DNA of 27,235 bases from assembly GCA_043745255.1 (NCBI GenBank), contig JAYTTC010000250.1:1-27235 (forward strand), given 5' to 3'. This DNA comes from Verrucomicrobiales bacterium (GTDB taxonomy: Bacteria; Verrucomicrobiota; Verrucomicrobiia; Limisphaerales; UBA11320). The notes beneath the pieces are model-generated. The model saw nothing but the letters and a program-made list of their open reading frames with translations. It had not been told where the DNA came from and did no database searches. Every line of letters starts with the position of its first letter. Positions within the stretch are counted from its first letter, which is position 1. The position numbers and the translations under genes are program-made. Positions 1 through 9,244 of this stretch are shown piece after piece.

Positions 1-1
1 C

Positions 2-238
2 ATCCCGCGCTACGATTTCAACTGGCAAAGGACATACGTGCTGGAGAAGCCCCGCAAAATCCCTGCAGGATCCTGGGTCGTGCTGACCGGCGGTTACGAT
101 AACTCCCCTCAGAACCCATCCAACCCAGATCCGAAGCTGACAGTCCATTGGGGCGAACAGTCTTTCAACGAGATGTTCCTCGGCTGGTATAATGTCGTGT
201 GGGACATTGAACCGCCCAAGCAGGCCTCGGCAAAGTAA
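2..238 (+). CDS. C-terminal fragment (5'-partial) of a copper type II ascorbate-dependent monooxygenase-like domain protein
   Basis: The frame is open from base 2: IPRYDFNWQRTYVLEKP...IPAGS...YDNSPQNPSNPDP...VHWGEQSFNEMFLGW. This is the YDFNWQ / DNS..NP.NPDP / WGEQ..EM pattern of the C-terminal monooxygenase-like domain common in PVC bacteria. Confidence 0.75.
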   Translation: MPRYDFNWQRTYVLEKPRKIPAGSWVVLTGGYDNSPQNPSNPDPKLTVHWGEQSFNEMFLGWYNVVWDIEPPKQASAK

Positions 239-370
239 GAGTGGGGGGCCGGTTCGCACTGAACGATTCGTCAGATTGCGCTCCGACTTCGGCCATCGTT
301 CACTAGCCCTTTGTCTCCGTATTCCAATCTCAGAGGGTTTTCAATGGTGCCATGATTCGAGTCCTCGCAT

Positions 371-1603
371 TTGCGCGGTTGGAAATTCCCTGCTCTCACT
401 CTCTCCGCAGGAGGCCATCTGGTGATCTGGGCCTCCGGAAAAGATAGACGGGATACGAACTCCTCCCTGCATACGAACTTCAGACTCGGCAGCGCGGGCG
501 AGTACCTCGCGCTTCTGCGATCTGAGGGTTCAGTGGCGACGGAGTTCGCGCCGAAATATCCCCCGCAATCTCCGGATGTATCCTACGGATTTCTCCCGGG
601 GATCACTCAGGCCGTCTTCTTCGCGAGTCCCACGCCAGGAAAAGCGAATGAGTCGACTCTTCAATATCCCGGGCCAAGGATTCTCTCGGCTTTCCATTCG
701 CCACAAATTCCGAAGCCTGGAGAGTCGGTTACCATCACGGCTCGTGCCGCTCCTCTAAGTTCGGAAATCACCAATATGACCCTGCATTGGCGGGCTTCCT
801 TTCATCACGAGACAAACACAATCATGGCTCAGTCGGGAGTGGGAGTCTGGACGGCGATCCTGCCAGGAGAGGCAGCCCAGAAGGGCGAGTTTCTCCGATG
901 GCGAGTCACCGCAACAGACATTGCGAGCCATACCTCGCAGCTACCTGTGTTCGGGAATACGACGCTCTCCTCGCGTTACTTCGGTGTGGTGATCCCTGGG
1001 AACAGCATCACTAGCGCACTGCCTATCTTCGAATTGTTCTTGCCGAGTCAGCAGCTACGGCGAGCGAATTCCGAGCAAGGTGCAAGAGGCTGTTTTAACT
1101 GTAGCGGGGAATTCTACGACAACGTTTTCGTGAAGGTGCGAGGCAACAGCACCGCGGGCTTTCCAAAAAAATCACATCGAATCGAATTTCCGCATGATCA
1201 TCCGTTTCGGCATCCGGGACAGGGCGGGCGGGTGAAACACACCTCTCTGATGGCCGAATTCGGCGACCCCACGTATCTGCGCCAGCATTTGTCTTTCTGG
1301 CTGCAGGAGCAGGCAGGTTCGGCTGCACCGTTTCACTATCCGGTGAGGGTGCAGCTCAACGGAGAGTTCTGGCAGCTTGCCATGCACTCCGAGGTGCTCG
1401 GTGAGGAACTCCTCACGCGACATCATCTCGATGGCAACGGAGCACTCTACAAGGCGGTCGGCACGGTGACGCCGGATTTCTCGAGCACGGGTGGATTCGA
1501 AAAGAAGACACGAAAACAGGAGGGTCCGGAGGACTATCTGGAATTGGCCCATGCCCTGAACCAATCCGGCAGGCAGAAGGAGCGACGTGCAGTTCGCTAT
1601 TGA
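371..1603 (+). pseudogene. Truncated lamin-tail-domain / CotH kinase family protein (lacks the first half of the LTD and the catalytic half of CotH)
   Basis: Begins mid-LTD (WKFP..L..GGHLVIWASGKDR...LHTNFRL...GEYLAL) with an in-frame TGA at 353-355 and no signal peptide. It has the CotH N-lobe (VRGNST..FPKKSH, DPTYLRQHL) but stops before the catalytic-loop Asp and the WD.D/N motif. Its stop overlaps the stop of the convergent gene. Confidence 0.65.
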
Positions 1604-4600
1604 TGAACGACCAATCTTGCGAACAGGGCATGCGATGTTGCCTGGTTCATGGAGGTCGCGGTTCGCAAGGTCACGGTTGCGGTACCGTTCCCATTGTTGT
1701 GCGTGCCCACGTAGATCAAGTCCTGTGCTGAGGTAGTCCAATCGCTTAGCTGAGCGGAGGTTTTCACCTCGAACACGATCGAGTCCGCCAGCAGATTCCT
1801 GCGATATGAAAAGGTCACGTAGGGTGCTGCGCTTCCAGACACCATAAATTCCTGGATTCCCGCGCTGAGCACGGCGACCGAGGAGGCAACCAGAGGGTCG
1901 GAACCGATTGCATACTCAAGCAGATTGGGCAGGCCATCGCCGTCGCTGTCGCCGTTGGGATCGAGTGTGAATGGCAGACTGTCTCCCCTAGCGGGACTGC
2001 CGTTCTTGGCCGCACTGGATCGCCAATTCGATCCGAGCGAAGGGTTCGTCGGTGGCTGGGCGTAAGGAGAATTGAGAACAATGCTGTAGCCGCCGCCATC
2101 GGCGTCGATCGGCCAGGGCTCGCTGTCGCCGTAAGCAAAGCTCGTGATGACGCCACCATTTTGGTCCACCAGGGTCAGCACCTCTCCGCCATTATTCAGA
2201 CTGTCGGTGAAGGCCCCCGCGATCTCTCCCTCGGCGAGGGTGCCGTATCGGGCTTGAAACGCAGCACGGTTCGCGCACACCACGAGTCGCTTTCCAGGAG
2301 GGAGGCTCTGCGCAATCGGATCCGCACTGCTGAAGTTGAACAGCACTCCATTGGTCATCCGCACGTTGGCGAGATCGAGAGTGTTGGCGCTGATGTTGAG
2401 AAATTCGAGATACTCAAAGTCGCTCGCGCTAGTAGCAACGGCTAGCTCCGCACCTGCCGGAGGTGCGGGATTGTACATGATCTCTGAGATGATTAAATTG
2501 CCAGCAGCGGCCGGCACCGAGCCCACCACGTAAGTGGCGGTGGCGACTGGAGACCAATAGCCACTGGAAAACACCCGCGCCTTCACCGTCATGGTGGAAT
2601 TGATCGCGATCGGCCCACCGTAGACCTGGGTCGTGATCGGCGTCCCTGGTGGCACTAGAACGGTGCTCACCAGTTTCGGACTGAATAGCGCGTCGTCATC
2701 CGCAACAGTCTGATTGAGCCCGAGAATCGCCAGCACATTTTCGCCCGCACGGACCTTGGCAAGAAAGTTGGTGACCGTGTATTCCTTCTGAACCACCGAG
2801 ACGGTGTCCTTCCAGACGCTCGGTACTGCATTGGGTAGGGTATCGAACGCCGGAGTGTTGGTCGCTCGAAGATTGTAACGGGTGATCTCGATCCCGTTGA
2901 GATAAGCTACAAATCCGTCGTCCGCCCGCATCTTGAGTTTCATCGAGGCCATCGATTCGATCTGAGCTGCGCTCACCGTGAAGGGAACGCGGATGAACAC
3001 CGTCGAGCTGATGCCTTGCATGGCGGCACGGATGTCTCCATCTCCATAGGTGCCACCGCCGATATTGACGTAGAGCGGAGAGGCGTTGTCATCAAACCCA
3101 AGTCCGAGACGGCCCGTCTTCCAGTCGAGCCCAGCAGCGGTCGCGCCGAGACTAACATTGTTCCAGTCCGGGAAAAGAGCGCTGGATCCACCGTTGGCAG
3201 TCGTCGGAACGAAATAGGTGGCGGTCTGAAACTCGGGAACCAGCACCAATTCCTGCGTCGTGGGAATCGGGTAGGCTGAAGGTCGAGGATCGCTGCCATC
3301 CAGGGTGTAATAGACAGTCCCCAAGGGATAATTCTTCCCGGGAGGAGGAGTGCCGCCAAACGGCGCGATGCTCAGTGCAGTACCCAGGGGGGCGACCCCT
3401 CCCGGTCGACTGAAGATCGGTGGGCGAAGAATGGAAATCCCCCCCAGGTTCTGATCATCCACCCAGGCCAAGCGCTGCAGAATCCATTGCTTCATCGAGT
3501 CGATCTCCTCTTGGAAGGTGAAACGCTTCAAAGCGTCAGCAGGGTTCGGCCACTGCCTGGTCGCGAGGATCGGGTACTTGCCATACTGGCGGGCCGCCGG
3601 GCTTTGCACGGAAAGTGGGAGATTGTTGGACACAATGGTGCTAGTTCCATCGAGCAATAGACCCACCGCAGCGTCGATGCGTGCGGTGATGGCGGCATCA
3701 CTCCAGACGCCTCGGCGGAGTTCCCAGTAGCGGTCCCAAGTACGAATCCGGTAGTCGGGATCGGCCTGAAGCCGCGGGTACCAAAGCCCCCCGCCCAGCG
3801 ATGCGACCCCAGTCTCATCGTAAAGCCAGCCCACCGATCGATCCCCAGTGGCATAGTCCGCGTTTCCAAGCGAGATGTTGAAGTCCCAGAGCGGTCCGGC
3901 ATGCACCTTGGAACCGCGGTCCTTGTAGAAATAAGTGCTGAACACGTAACCATCCACCTGCTTGGTCAGCTCCGTCCACCACTGCGCGTCAATGAAGGAA
4001 GGCACGTCGATCCATTTTTCGTAGCCTGTAACAGGATCCCCGAAGCCGGGACCGTTCAAAGCCTTCTCGAAATCGTTCAGATAACCCTGCAGGTACTTCA
4101 CCTGCGCGAGCGAAAAGGCCTCGGGATCGTGGCTTTGTATCCCCACTCCGAAAGCGGAAGTGGTCCAGCTACTCGCCCCCGGGCTGTCCTTGTCCCGTTT
4201 GAACATATATCCGCCGGTGATGAGATTGGTGTCGGTGACCAGCGGATTGATCTTGGCGATGTTCAAACGCCCCTTGGCTCGTTTGAGTTTCTCAACCAAA
4301 AGAAACACTCCACGATAGTCATTGTAGCTCACGGGTTGCCCCGCCTCCTGGTTGTAGAACACTTCAACGAACAGACTGCGGGGTGATGCATAATCGCTTC
4401 GCGAATCATCCATGGTTGAGTACGCGAGGTAGTTTCTCATGAGCGTCTTGTCGGACCACGGTCCGTGGAGAGTCCAATCGGAATCGGCTGGAAGCCCGAG
4501 AATCGAGGCATCTTCATCGTTGCCCGTTTCGTCCCACACTTCCCACGCGTAGGAGCGTTGCGGGAAGCCCGACGAGCTCTCGCCACGCACGTGAAGGCCG

Positions 4601-6291
4601 CTCCGTCCGACGAAGTCTGGGACGTCAGTAAGATGGCTGTGCCCATTGGTGGAATCGGTGCGAAACACCACCGCATAGTTAGGACGGAAGGGCCTGCTTC
4701 CGGGACTGCTAGCAGAGTCGATATCGACTCCGAAGCTATCAAATATCAATACTGGGAGACTCGATGAAAACGGCGCTCCGGTGTTCGCGAACCGCAGGAG
4801 CGAGGTATCCAGTTTGAGGAAGGTCCGACTGCTGGCGCGACCCGGAAGTCGACCGGGCATGAATACCCGGGCCCGAATGGTCCGCGAGTTGGTGATGGAA
4901 AATGGACCGCTATAAACTGCGGACGACTCATCCGGAATCGCGTTGTTCAGAGTGTAGCGCACTACCGCATTGGCAGCCTTGGGGGCACTGATGCTCAGAG
5001 TGACCGGTTCGGAATTGGTAAGCACCCCGCCCTGACGCGAATAGACAATGTCCTCGGCAGGGACGCCATCCGCCACCAGGCTCACGTTCTTCTTCAGCGG
5101 GGTGGGAGTCTCCAGGTAGCCGCGCACCCGAGTACTGCCAACTTCTCCGTAAGCAATATCCAACTTTTGCGGGCCATAGGTGTATTCGGAAGCGACTGTC
5201 AAATCTGGCCGGATCAGAGCCAGGTAACCACCGGACTTGGGAAGTGTGAAATTCGCATGCCAGGTCCCATTGGTGGGGCTTCGATCTTTACCCGAGGCAA
5301 AGACGATTCGATATTGGTTTCCAGGAACGGTCGCACTGGGCAATGGCCACTGGGTCTTGTTGGTGGGATCTGTGGTCAGGAACCAGCCGGCCAAGCTTAA
5401 GAGCGTGCCCCCGCCGTTGTAGATCTCGATCCAATCGGGAGTTTCGAGATCGTCGTCTTCGAGCGAATTTTTATTGTCGGCCACAAACTCCGAGATGATA
5501 AAGCCGCCGGTGTTGACACTGGCCGTGGGTGTGGTCTTGACCTGCAAATTGTCGATGAGGACGGTCTGCGAAACGGTTTCCCCAGTCCGGGCAGCGATCG
5601 CGAAGCGATCGCCAATCATGGCCGAAAATCCAGGCACGGCAAAATTGTTGGCCACCGTCGCGCTGGCGTAGGTGATATCCACCCCTTGGGAGTCCCAATG
5701 AATGGAGATGTTGCGCGAAGTGGCGTCGTAGAAGAACGTTTGCGGGAAAGTTCCCAATTTCACACGATCCGCATAAATTGCAATTTCCCCCTGGGTCTGC
5801 CCGTTGGCTACGTCCACAAAGGTTCGGAACCCCACCACCAGCCCCTTGGGCAGGGCGTAACCCAGCTCTCCATCTGCATCCTCAGGCGGAATGTCGCCGA
5901 AAGAAACAGAGAACCCGTTTCCGGGGAGACCCGTCGCCGCCATCTTCAACCCAAAGCTCAAGGTAAACGCGGAGATGTCCTGCCCGGGGTCGAGATCCGA
6001 CACTTTTAAGGTGGCCAAGGTATTGGTCACACCCTCCACGGAGAGACGGAGCGCGTTGGTCGAAACGGAGGCCACCGGCACCGGGGGTGTTCCGATCCCT
6101 GTGCTGGTGAGAGTCAGCCCGTCGTTCCAAACATCGGAACCGGCCACGGTACCATTTGGGAAGGTGAAAGGTTGCGGACCATAGCTTCCCGCCTGCGCAA
6201 CCCTAGATCCTGTGGAGAGCGCGAGCAGAGTGAAAAGCGAGACAGCGACACCTCGGGTGGAGGCCAGAAGGAGTAAGAACTTCGTTTGCAT
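1597..6291 (-). CDS. Large secreted multidomain protein: lectin-like N-domain, lamin tail domain, chitobiase/beta-hexosaminidase C-terminal-like domain, CotH kinase, second CHB-like domain with insert, second LTD, Verrucomicrobia-type C-terminal domain
   Basis: ATG at 6291 gives a signal-peptide-like N-terminus (MQTKFLLLLA...VAQA). Motifs: IISEFVADN..DWIEIYN (LTD), VRYTLN..P and YYTLDGSDPR (CHB-like), RGESS..FP, DKTLMRNYL, VDGY, PLWDFN (CotH), IISEIMYNP (LTD), DSDGDG..NLLEY...FARL (C-terminal tail). The ORF track extends 11 codons further, to 6324. Confidence 0.9.
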   Translation of the reverse strand: MQTKFLLLLASTRGVAVSLFTLLALSTGSRVAQAGSYGPQPFTFPNGTVAGSDVWNDGLTLTSTGIGTPPVPVASVSTNALRLSVEGVTNTLATLKVSDLDPGQDISAFTLSFGLKMAATGLPGNGFSVSFGDIPPEDADGELGYALPKGLVVGFRTFVDVANGQTQGEIAIYADRVKLGTFPQTFFYDATSRNISIHWDSQGVDITYASATVANNFAVPGFSAMIGDRFAIAARTGETVSQTVLIDNLQVKTTPTASVNTGGFIISEFVADNKNSLEDDDLETPDWIEIYNGGGTLLSLAGWFLTTDPTNKTQWPLPSATVPGNQYRIVFASGKDRSPTNGTWHANFTLPKSGGYLALIRPDLTVASEYTYGPQKLDIAYGEVGSTRVRGYLETPTPLKKNVSLVADGVPAEDIVYSRQGGVLTNSEPVTLSISAPKAANAVVRYTLNNAIPDESSAVYSGPFSITNSRTIRARVFMPGRLPGRASSRTFLKLDTSLLRFANTGAPFSSSLPVLIFDSFGVDIDSASSPGSRPFRPNYAVVFRTDSTNGHSHLTDVPDFVGRSGLHVRGESSSGFPQRSYAWEVWDETGNDEDASILGLPADSDWTLHGPWSDKTLMRNYLAYSTMDDSRSDYASPRSLFVEVFYNQEAGQPVSYNDYRGVFLLVEKLKRAKGRLNIAKINPLVTDTNLITGGYMFKRDKDSPGASSWTTSAFGVGIQSHDPEAFSLAQVKYLQGYLNDFEKALNGPGFGDPVTGYEKWIDVPSFIDAQWWTELTKQVDGYVFSTYFYKDRGSKVHAGPLWDFNISLGNADYATGDRSVGWLYDETGVASLGGGLWYPRLQADPDYRIRTWDRYWELRRGVWSDAAITARIDAAVGLLLDGTSTIVSNNLPLSVQSPAARQYGKYPILATRQWPNPADALKRFTFQEEIDSMKQWILQRLAWVDDQNLGGISILRPPIFSRPGGVAPLGTALSIAPFGGTPPPGKNYPLGTVYYTLDGSDPRPSAYPIPTTQELVLVPEFQTATYFVPTTANGGSSALFPDWNNVSLGATAAGLDWKTGRLGLGFDDNASPLYVNIGGGTYGDGDIRAAMQGISSTVFIRVPFTVSAAQIESMASMKLKMRADDGFVAYLNGIEITRYNLRATNTPAFDTLPNAVPSVWKDTVSVVQKEYTVTNFLAKVRAGENVLAILGLNQTVADDDALFSPKLVSTVLVPPGTPITTQVYGGPIAINSTMTVKARVFSSGYWSPVATATYVVGSVPAAAGNLIISEIMYNPAPPAGAELAVATSASDFEYLEFLNISANTLDLANVRMTNGVLFNFSSADPIAQSLPPGKRLVVCANRAAFQARYGTLAEGEIAGAFTDSLNNGGEVLTLVDQNGGVITSFAYGDSEPWPIDADGGGYSIVLNSPYAQPPTNPSLGSNWRSSAAKNGSPARGDSLPFTLDPNGDSDGDGLPNLLEYAIGSDPLVASSVAVLSAGIQEFMVSGSAAPYVTFSYRRNLLADSIVFEVKTSAQLSDWTTSAQDLIYVGTHNNGNGTATVTLRTATSMNQATSHALFARLVVHQ

Positions 6292-6458
6292 AGGGCATCG
6301 AGTGGGTCGGGAACAAGTCCGCAAAGAACGGACCTGAGGCCCCGACGCTATTCTGAGTGATTATCGGTCAAAATCTCATGTCCTCAATGGGAAGTCCATT
6401 CCTGAAATCCTGCATTGGATCCGGAAAAGGCCGAGGTTATAACCACTCGCCGCGACGC

Positions 6459-7493
6459 ATGCCTTCACACACCCAGTTCTTTAGCTGCGATTGGGGAACC
6501 TCCTCCTTCCGACTCCGTCGCGTGCGCGTTTCAGATGGCCAAGTTCTTCACGAGATCAGGGAACCGACCGGAATCCGTGATCTGTTCTCGGACATTCCCA
6601 ACGCCTCCCGCGAGGCACGCGACGAACGTTTCGGCAGTTTCCTAAGAGATCGGTTGATCGTCGCCATGGACCCCGCAGCCGAAATCGGCTCCCCGATTCC
6701 ACCTGTGCTGCTTTCAGGGATGGCTTCGTCATCGGTCGGATGGCGCGAACTCGCCTACGCCGACGTGCCGTTTTCTCTGGAGGGCTCCTCGACCCGACTC
6801 GCCGTTCTTCCGCTGAGGGTAACCGCGGAATCAAGCACTCAGGTTCATTTGATTTCTGGTGTCGCGACCGGGAGCGAGATGATGCGAGGCGAGGAGACCG
6901 AGATCCTCGGGCTCTTCGCCCATGGGGCGCATCAAGGAATCGCCGAGAACGGGCTGGTCCTGCTGCCCGGAACGCATTCAAAGCAGGTGCGGCTCCAGCA
7001 GCGGCAGATCGTGGATTTTCGCACCTTCATGACCGGTGAACTCTACGACCTGCTGGCCCAGCACAGCCTGCTGCGCGTTTCGATCCAGACACCGTCGAAG
7101 CAAGCAGTCGATCTGGCCCACGCGGACGCGCGGGCCGCGTTTCTTGAAGGAGTGGTTCGGGTTATGGAACGAGGATTGGCAGGCAGCCTCTTCCAGGTCA
7201 GAACGCGCGGGGTATTGGGTGGCCTGCCGCCAAGCCTGAACCGATGGTTTCTGAGTGGTCTGTTGATTGGAGCCGAGATCGCTGATCTCGCCAGATCGGC
7301 GGAGGATTGCCTCCTGCTGCTTGCCGCGCCTCCTGCGACGAGCCTGGCCTACGCACTCGCCTGTCAGTACCACGCTCTCTCCGATCGACTCACCGTAGTT
7401 CCTCCAGAGACCGTGGCTTCGGCTTCCATCGCAGGCCATCAATGGCTTCTCCAGAGAGCGTTACTCGATTCCACCCCACCCTCCACTCCATGA
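6459..7493 (+). CDS. dgoK: 2-dehydro-3-deoxygalactonokinase
   Basis: CDWGTSSFRL, GMASSSVGW.E..Y, MMRGEETEILG, LPGTHSK, F.TFMTGEL..LL..HS.L, LF.VR and LSGLLIGAE are DgoK signature motifs. ATG at 6459. Confidence 0.92.
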   Translation: MPSHTQFFSCDWGTSSFRLRRVRVSDGQVLHEIREPTGIRDLFSDIPNASREARDERFGSFLRDRLIVAMDPAAEIGSPIPPVLLSGMASSSVGWRELAYADVPFSLEGSSTRLAVLPLRVTAESSTQVHLISGVATGSEMMRGEETEILGLFAHGAHQGIAENGLVLLPGTHSKQVRLQQRQIVDFRTFMTGELYDLLAQHSLLRVSIQTPSKQAVDLAHADARAAFLEGVVRVMERGLAGSLFQVRTRGVLGGLPPSLNRWFLSGLLIGAEIADLARSAEDCLLLLAAPPATSLAYALACQYHALSDRLTVVPPETVASASIAGHQWLLQRALLDSTPPSTP

Positions 7494-8194
7494 TCCATCC
7501 CTTCCGCAAAGACCTCTTCGAGCAGCGTCCGATTGTGGGCATCTTGAGAGGATTCCCGCTCGAGATTGTGGAGCCACTCGTGGAGGCGGTGAGGGACGGG
7601 GGCCTAACGAGTCTTGAGGTGACGATGAATTCGGTCGGTGCTGCGGAGCAAATTCGCAGAGCAATCGCTGTGGGTGAGAATCGGATGAACATCGGAGCGG
7701 GAACGGTCACTACCCTCGATCGACTGGAGGAAGCGCTGGAGGCAGGTGCAAACTTCATCGTGACACCCACCTTGGTGCTCCCGGTAATCGCGCGCTGCGT
7801 CGAACTCAAGGTTCCGGTGTTTCCTGGTGCCTTCACCCCCAGCGAAATCAGCCTGGCCTGGGATCTGGGAGCGACCCTGGTCAAAGTGTTTCCCGCCGAG
7901 GTCCTGGGTCCAGCCTTTCTCCGGGCAGTAAAAGCTCCACTCCCCCACATTCGACTCATGCCCACCGGAGGTGTGGATTTGCACACGATCGGCGCATACC
8001 TCCAAGCCGGGGCCGATGCGGTGGGAATCGGCTCGCCGCTATTCAAAGCGGATCGGGTCGCGTGCTGCGACTGGCATTGGCTTCGCGACCGGGCTGCCGC
8101 TTTCGTCGAGGCCTACATTCGCCGGAATGAGATTGGAAGTCTGACTCACACTCCTTCCGAGCCGACAGGCAAATCGCCACTGTCCAAGAGTTGA
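7490..8194 (+). CDS. eda: KDPG/KDPGal (2-dehydro-3-deoxy-phosphogluconate/galactonate) aldolase
   Basis: ILRG (Arg), LEVT (Glu), IGAGTV, G..TP.E, VKVFPA (Schiff-base Lys), LMPTGGV. ATGA overlap with the dgoK stop. Context suggests a DgoA role. Confidence 0.9.
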   Translation: MIHPFRKDLFEQRPIVGILRGFPLEIVEPLVEAVRDGGLTSLEVTMNSVGAAEQIRRAIAVGENRMNIGAGTVTTLDRLEEALEAGANFIVTPTLVLPVIARCVELKVPVFPGAFTPSEISLAWDLGATLVKVFPAEVLGPAFLRAVKAPLPHIRLMPTGGVDLHTIGAYLQAGADAVGIGSPLFKADRVACCDWHWLRDRAAAFVEAYIRRNEIGSLTHTPSEPTGKSPLSKS

Positions 8195-8437
8195 GATCCC
8201 TGCTCCAGGAATAGGCAATACAAGCCCACGCTTCCGGCCGGCTGTACCGTTTTCGTGCCCCAGTGCAGGACACAAAAGTGGGGTGGCAGCTTCGGTCGCC
8301 TCGCTTCAGGTCATCCAGAGTCTCCGCATCTTCACAATAGGACTCCGCAAGTTCTTGCCTTGGCGAGGTTCGGCGTTCAGAGAGTCCTCTCTTGAGCCAG
8401 TGGGCAGGACCCGCCAAGACAAACCTACTGGAGCGCT

Positions 8438-8452
8438 TGGCACGCGAGCTGC
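8438..8452 (+). promoter_or_regulatory. Candidate sigma54 (-24/-12) promoter
   Basis: TGGCACGCGAGCTGC is GG-N10-GC with a perfect TGGCACG -24 element, about 90 bp upstream of ATG 8542 in a ~350 bp intergenic region. Confidence 0.6.
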
Positions 8453-8541
8453 GAGGCGGTCAATCGGCGCGGCAGGGAATGGAAAAGACCCCGTGCGCAC
8501 AGTCGAGCCGAAACAAAAACAGAGGCTCGAGGAACCAAGTC

Positions 8542-9216
8542 ATGAAAACATCGTCCTCCATTTTCAGGCACCAGGGAGTCTCGATCCGAGAGCTGAGACG
8601 GACGGCTGCGGTGACGGTGTCGTGTCTGTCGCTCGCTCTTCAGACTCTTCCGACTTATTCCGCCGACGTAGTCAGCGCGGGGAGAGGCACGGCTCCTGCA
8701 CCCACAGCGGCCAAGCCAGGCATAGGGTCCTATCAATTTGGAAAACTTGAGGTTCGAATCGCCCCGCCTCGCGGGTGGAGGGAATTAGCGGAGAACGGAA
8801 ATACGCGAGTCAGTTTCTTCTCCCCCGACGGTCGCACGGTGATCACCGTGAGACTGACCCCAGACAATTTCCCCGCCGGCACGCTGCGCAACGAGAAGGT
8901 GAGACTGCTCGCCAAGCAACGCTATCCAGCCGCAGCGGTATTGATGGAAACGGAGTGGCTGAATGCCGAGATCAAGGGACGGATGATCGATTTCGAACGA
9001 GCGCAGAAAACATCAACCTCAGCGCCCATCCTCCACACCCGAACCCGCTTGGCCGCCACCGTGGTGACCGGAGGTCTGCTGGAGGTTTCGTTCAGTGCGC
9101 CTGCCACCGAGTTTGGAACCTATCTCCCCGCTTGCGAGCAGCTCCTCTCATCACTCCGTTTCCAGATTCCCGCTGAACCTGCTCCCCAGCCTCAACTCAG
9201 CGCGGTCACTCGCTAG
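8542..9216 (+). CDS. Secreted hypothetical protein, possibly PsbP/Mog1-like fold
   Basis: ATG 8542; basic then hydrophobic N-terminus; Ala/Pro linker; then IAPPRGW..., a pattern seen in PsbP/DUF1795-like domains. Tightly spaced with the downstream pilin genes. The fold call is weak. Confidence 0.6.
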   Translation: MKTSSSIFRHQGVSIRELRRTAAVTVSCLSLALQTLPTYSADVVSAGRGTAPAPTAAKPGIGSYQFGKLEVRIAPPRGWRELAENGNTRVSFFSPDGRTVITVRLTPDNFPAGTLRNEKVRLLAKQRYPAAAVLMETEWLNAEIKGRMIDFERAQKTSTSAPILHTRTRLAATVVTGGLLEVSFSAPATEFGTYLPACEQLLSSLRFQIPAEPAPQPQLSAVTR

Positions 9217-9244
9217 CCCGCGCCCGACTCAACGCAAACCCATC

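Noticed and set aside
353-355. In-frame TGA upstream of the CotH relic as possible selenocysteine or readthrough codon
   Set aside because: The sequence upstream of it does not restore a complete lamin tail domain or signal peptide, and no SECIS-like element was evident.
2243-2251. CCGTATCGG REP core inside the CotH gene
   Set aside because: No GTAG foot and no extended stem; a coincidental 9-mer in coding sequence.
6306-6346. Nested hairpin (GTCGGG/CCCGAC, GTCCG/CGGAC) and a weak minus-strand GG-N10-GC upstream of the large CotH gene
   Set aside because: Short GC stems are expected by chance at this GC content, the -24 element (AGGTCC) is poor, and no riboswitch consensus was recognised.
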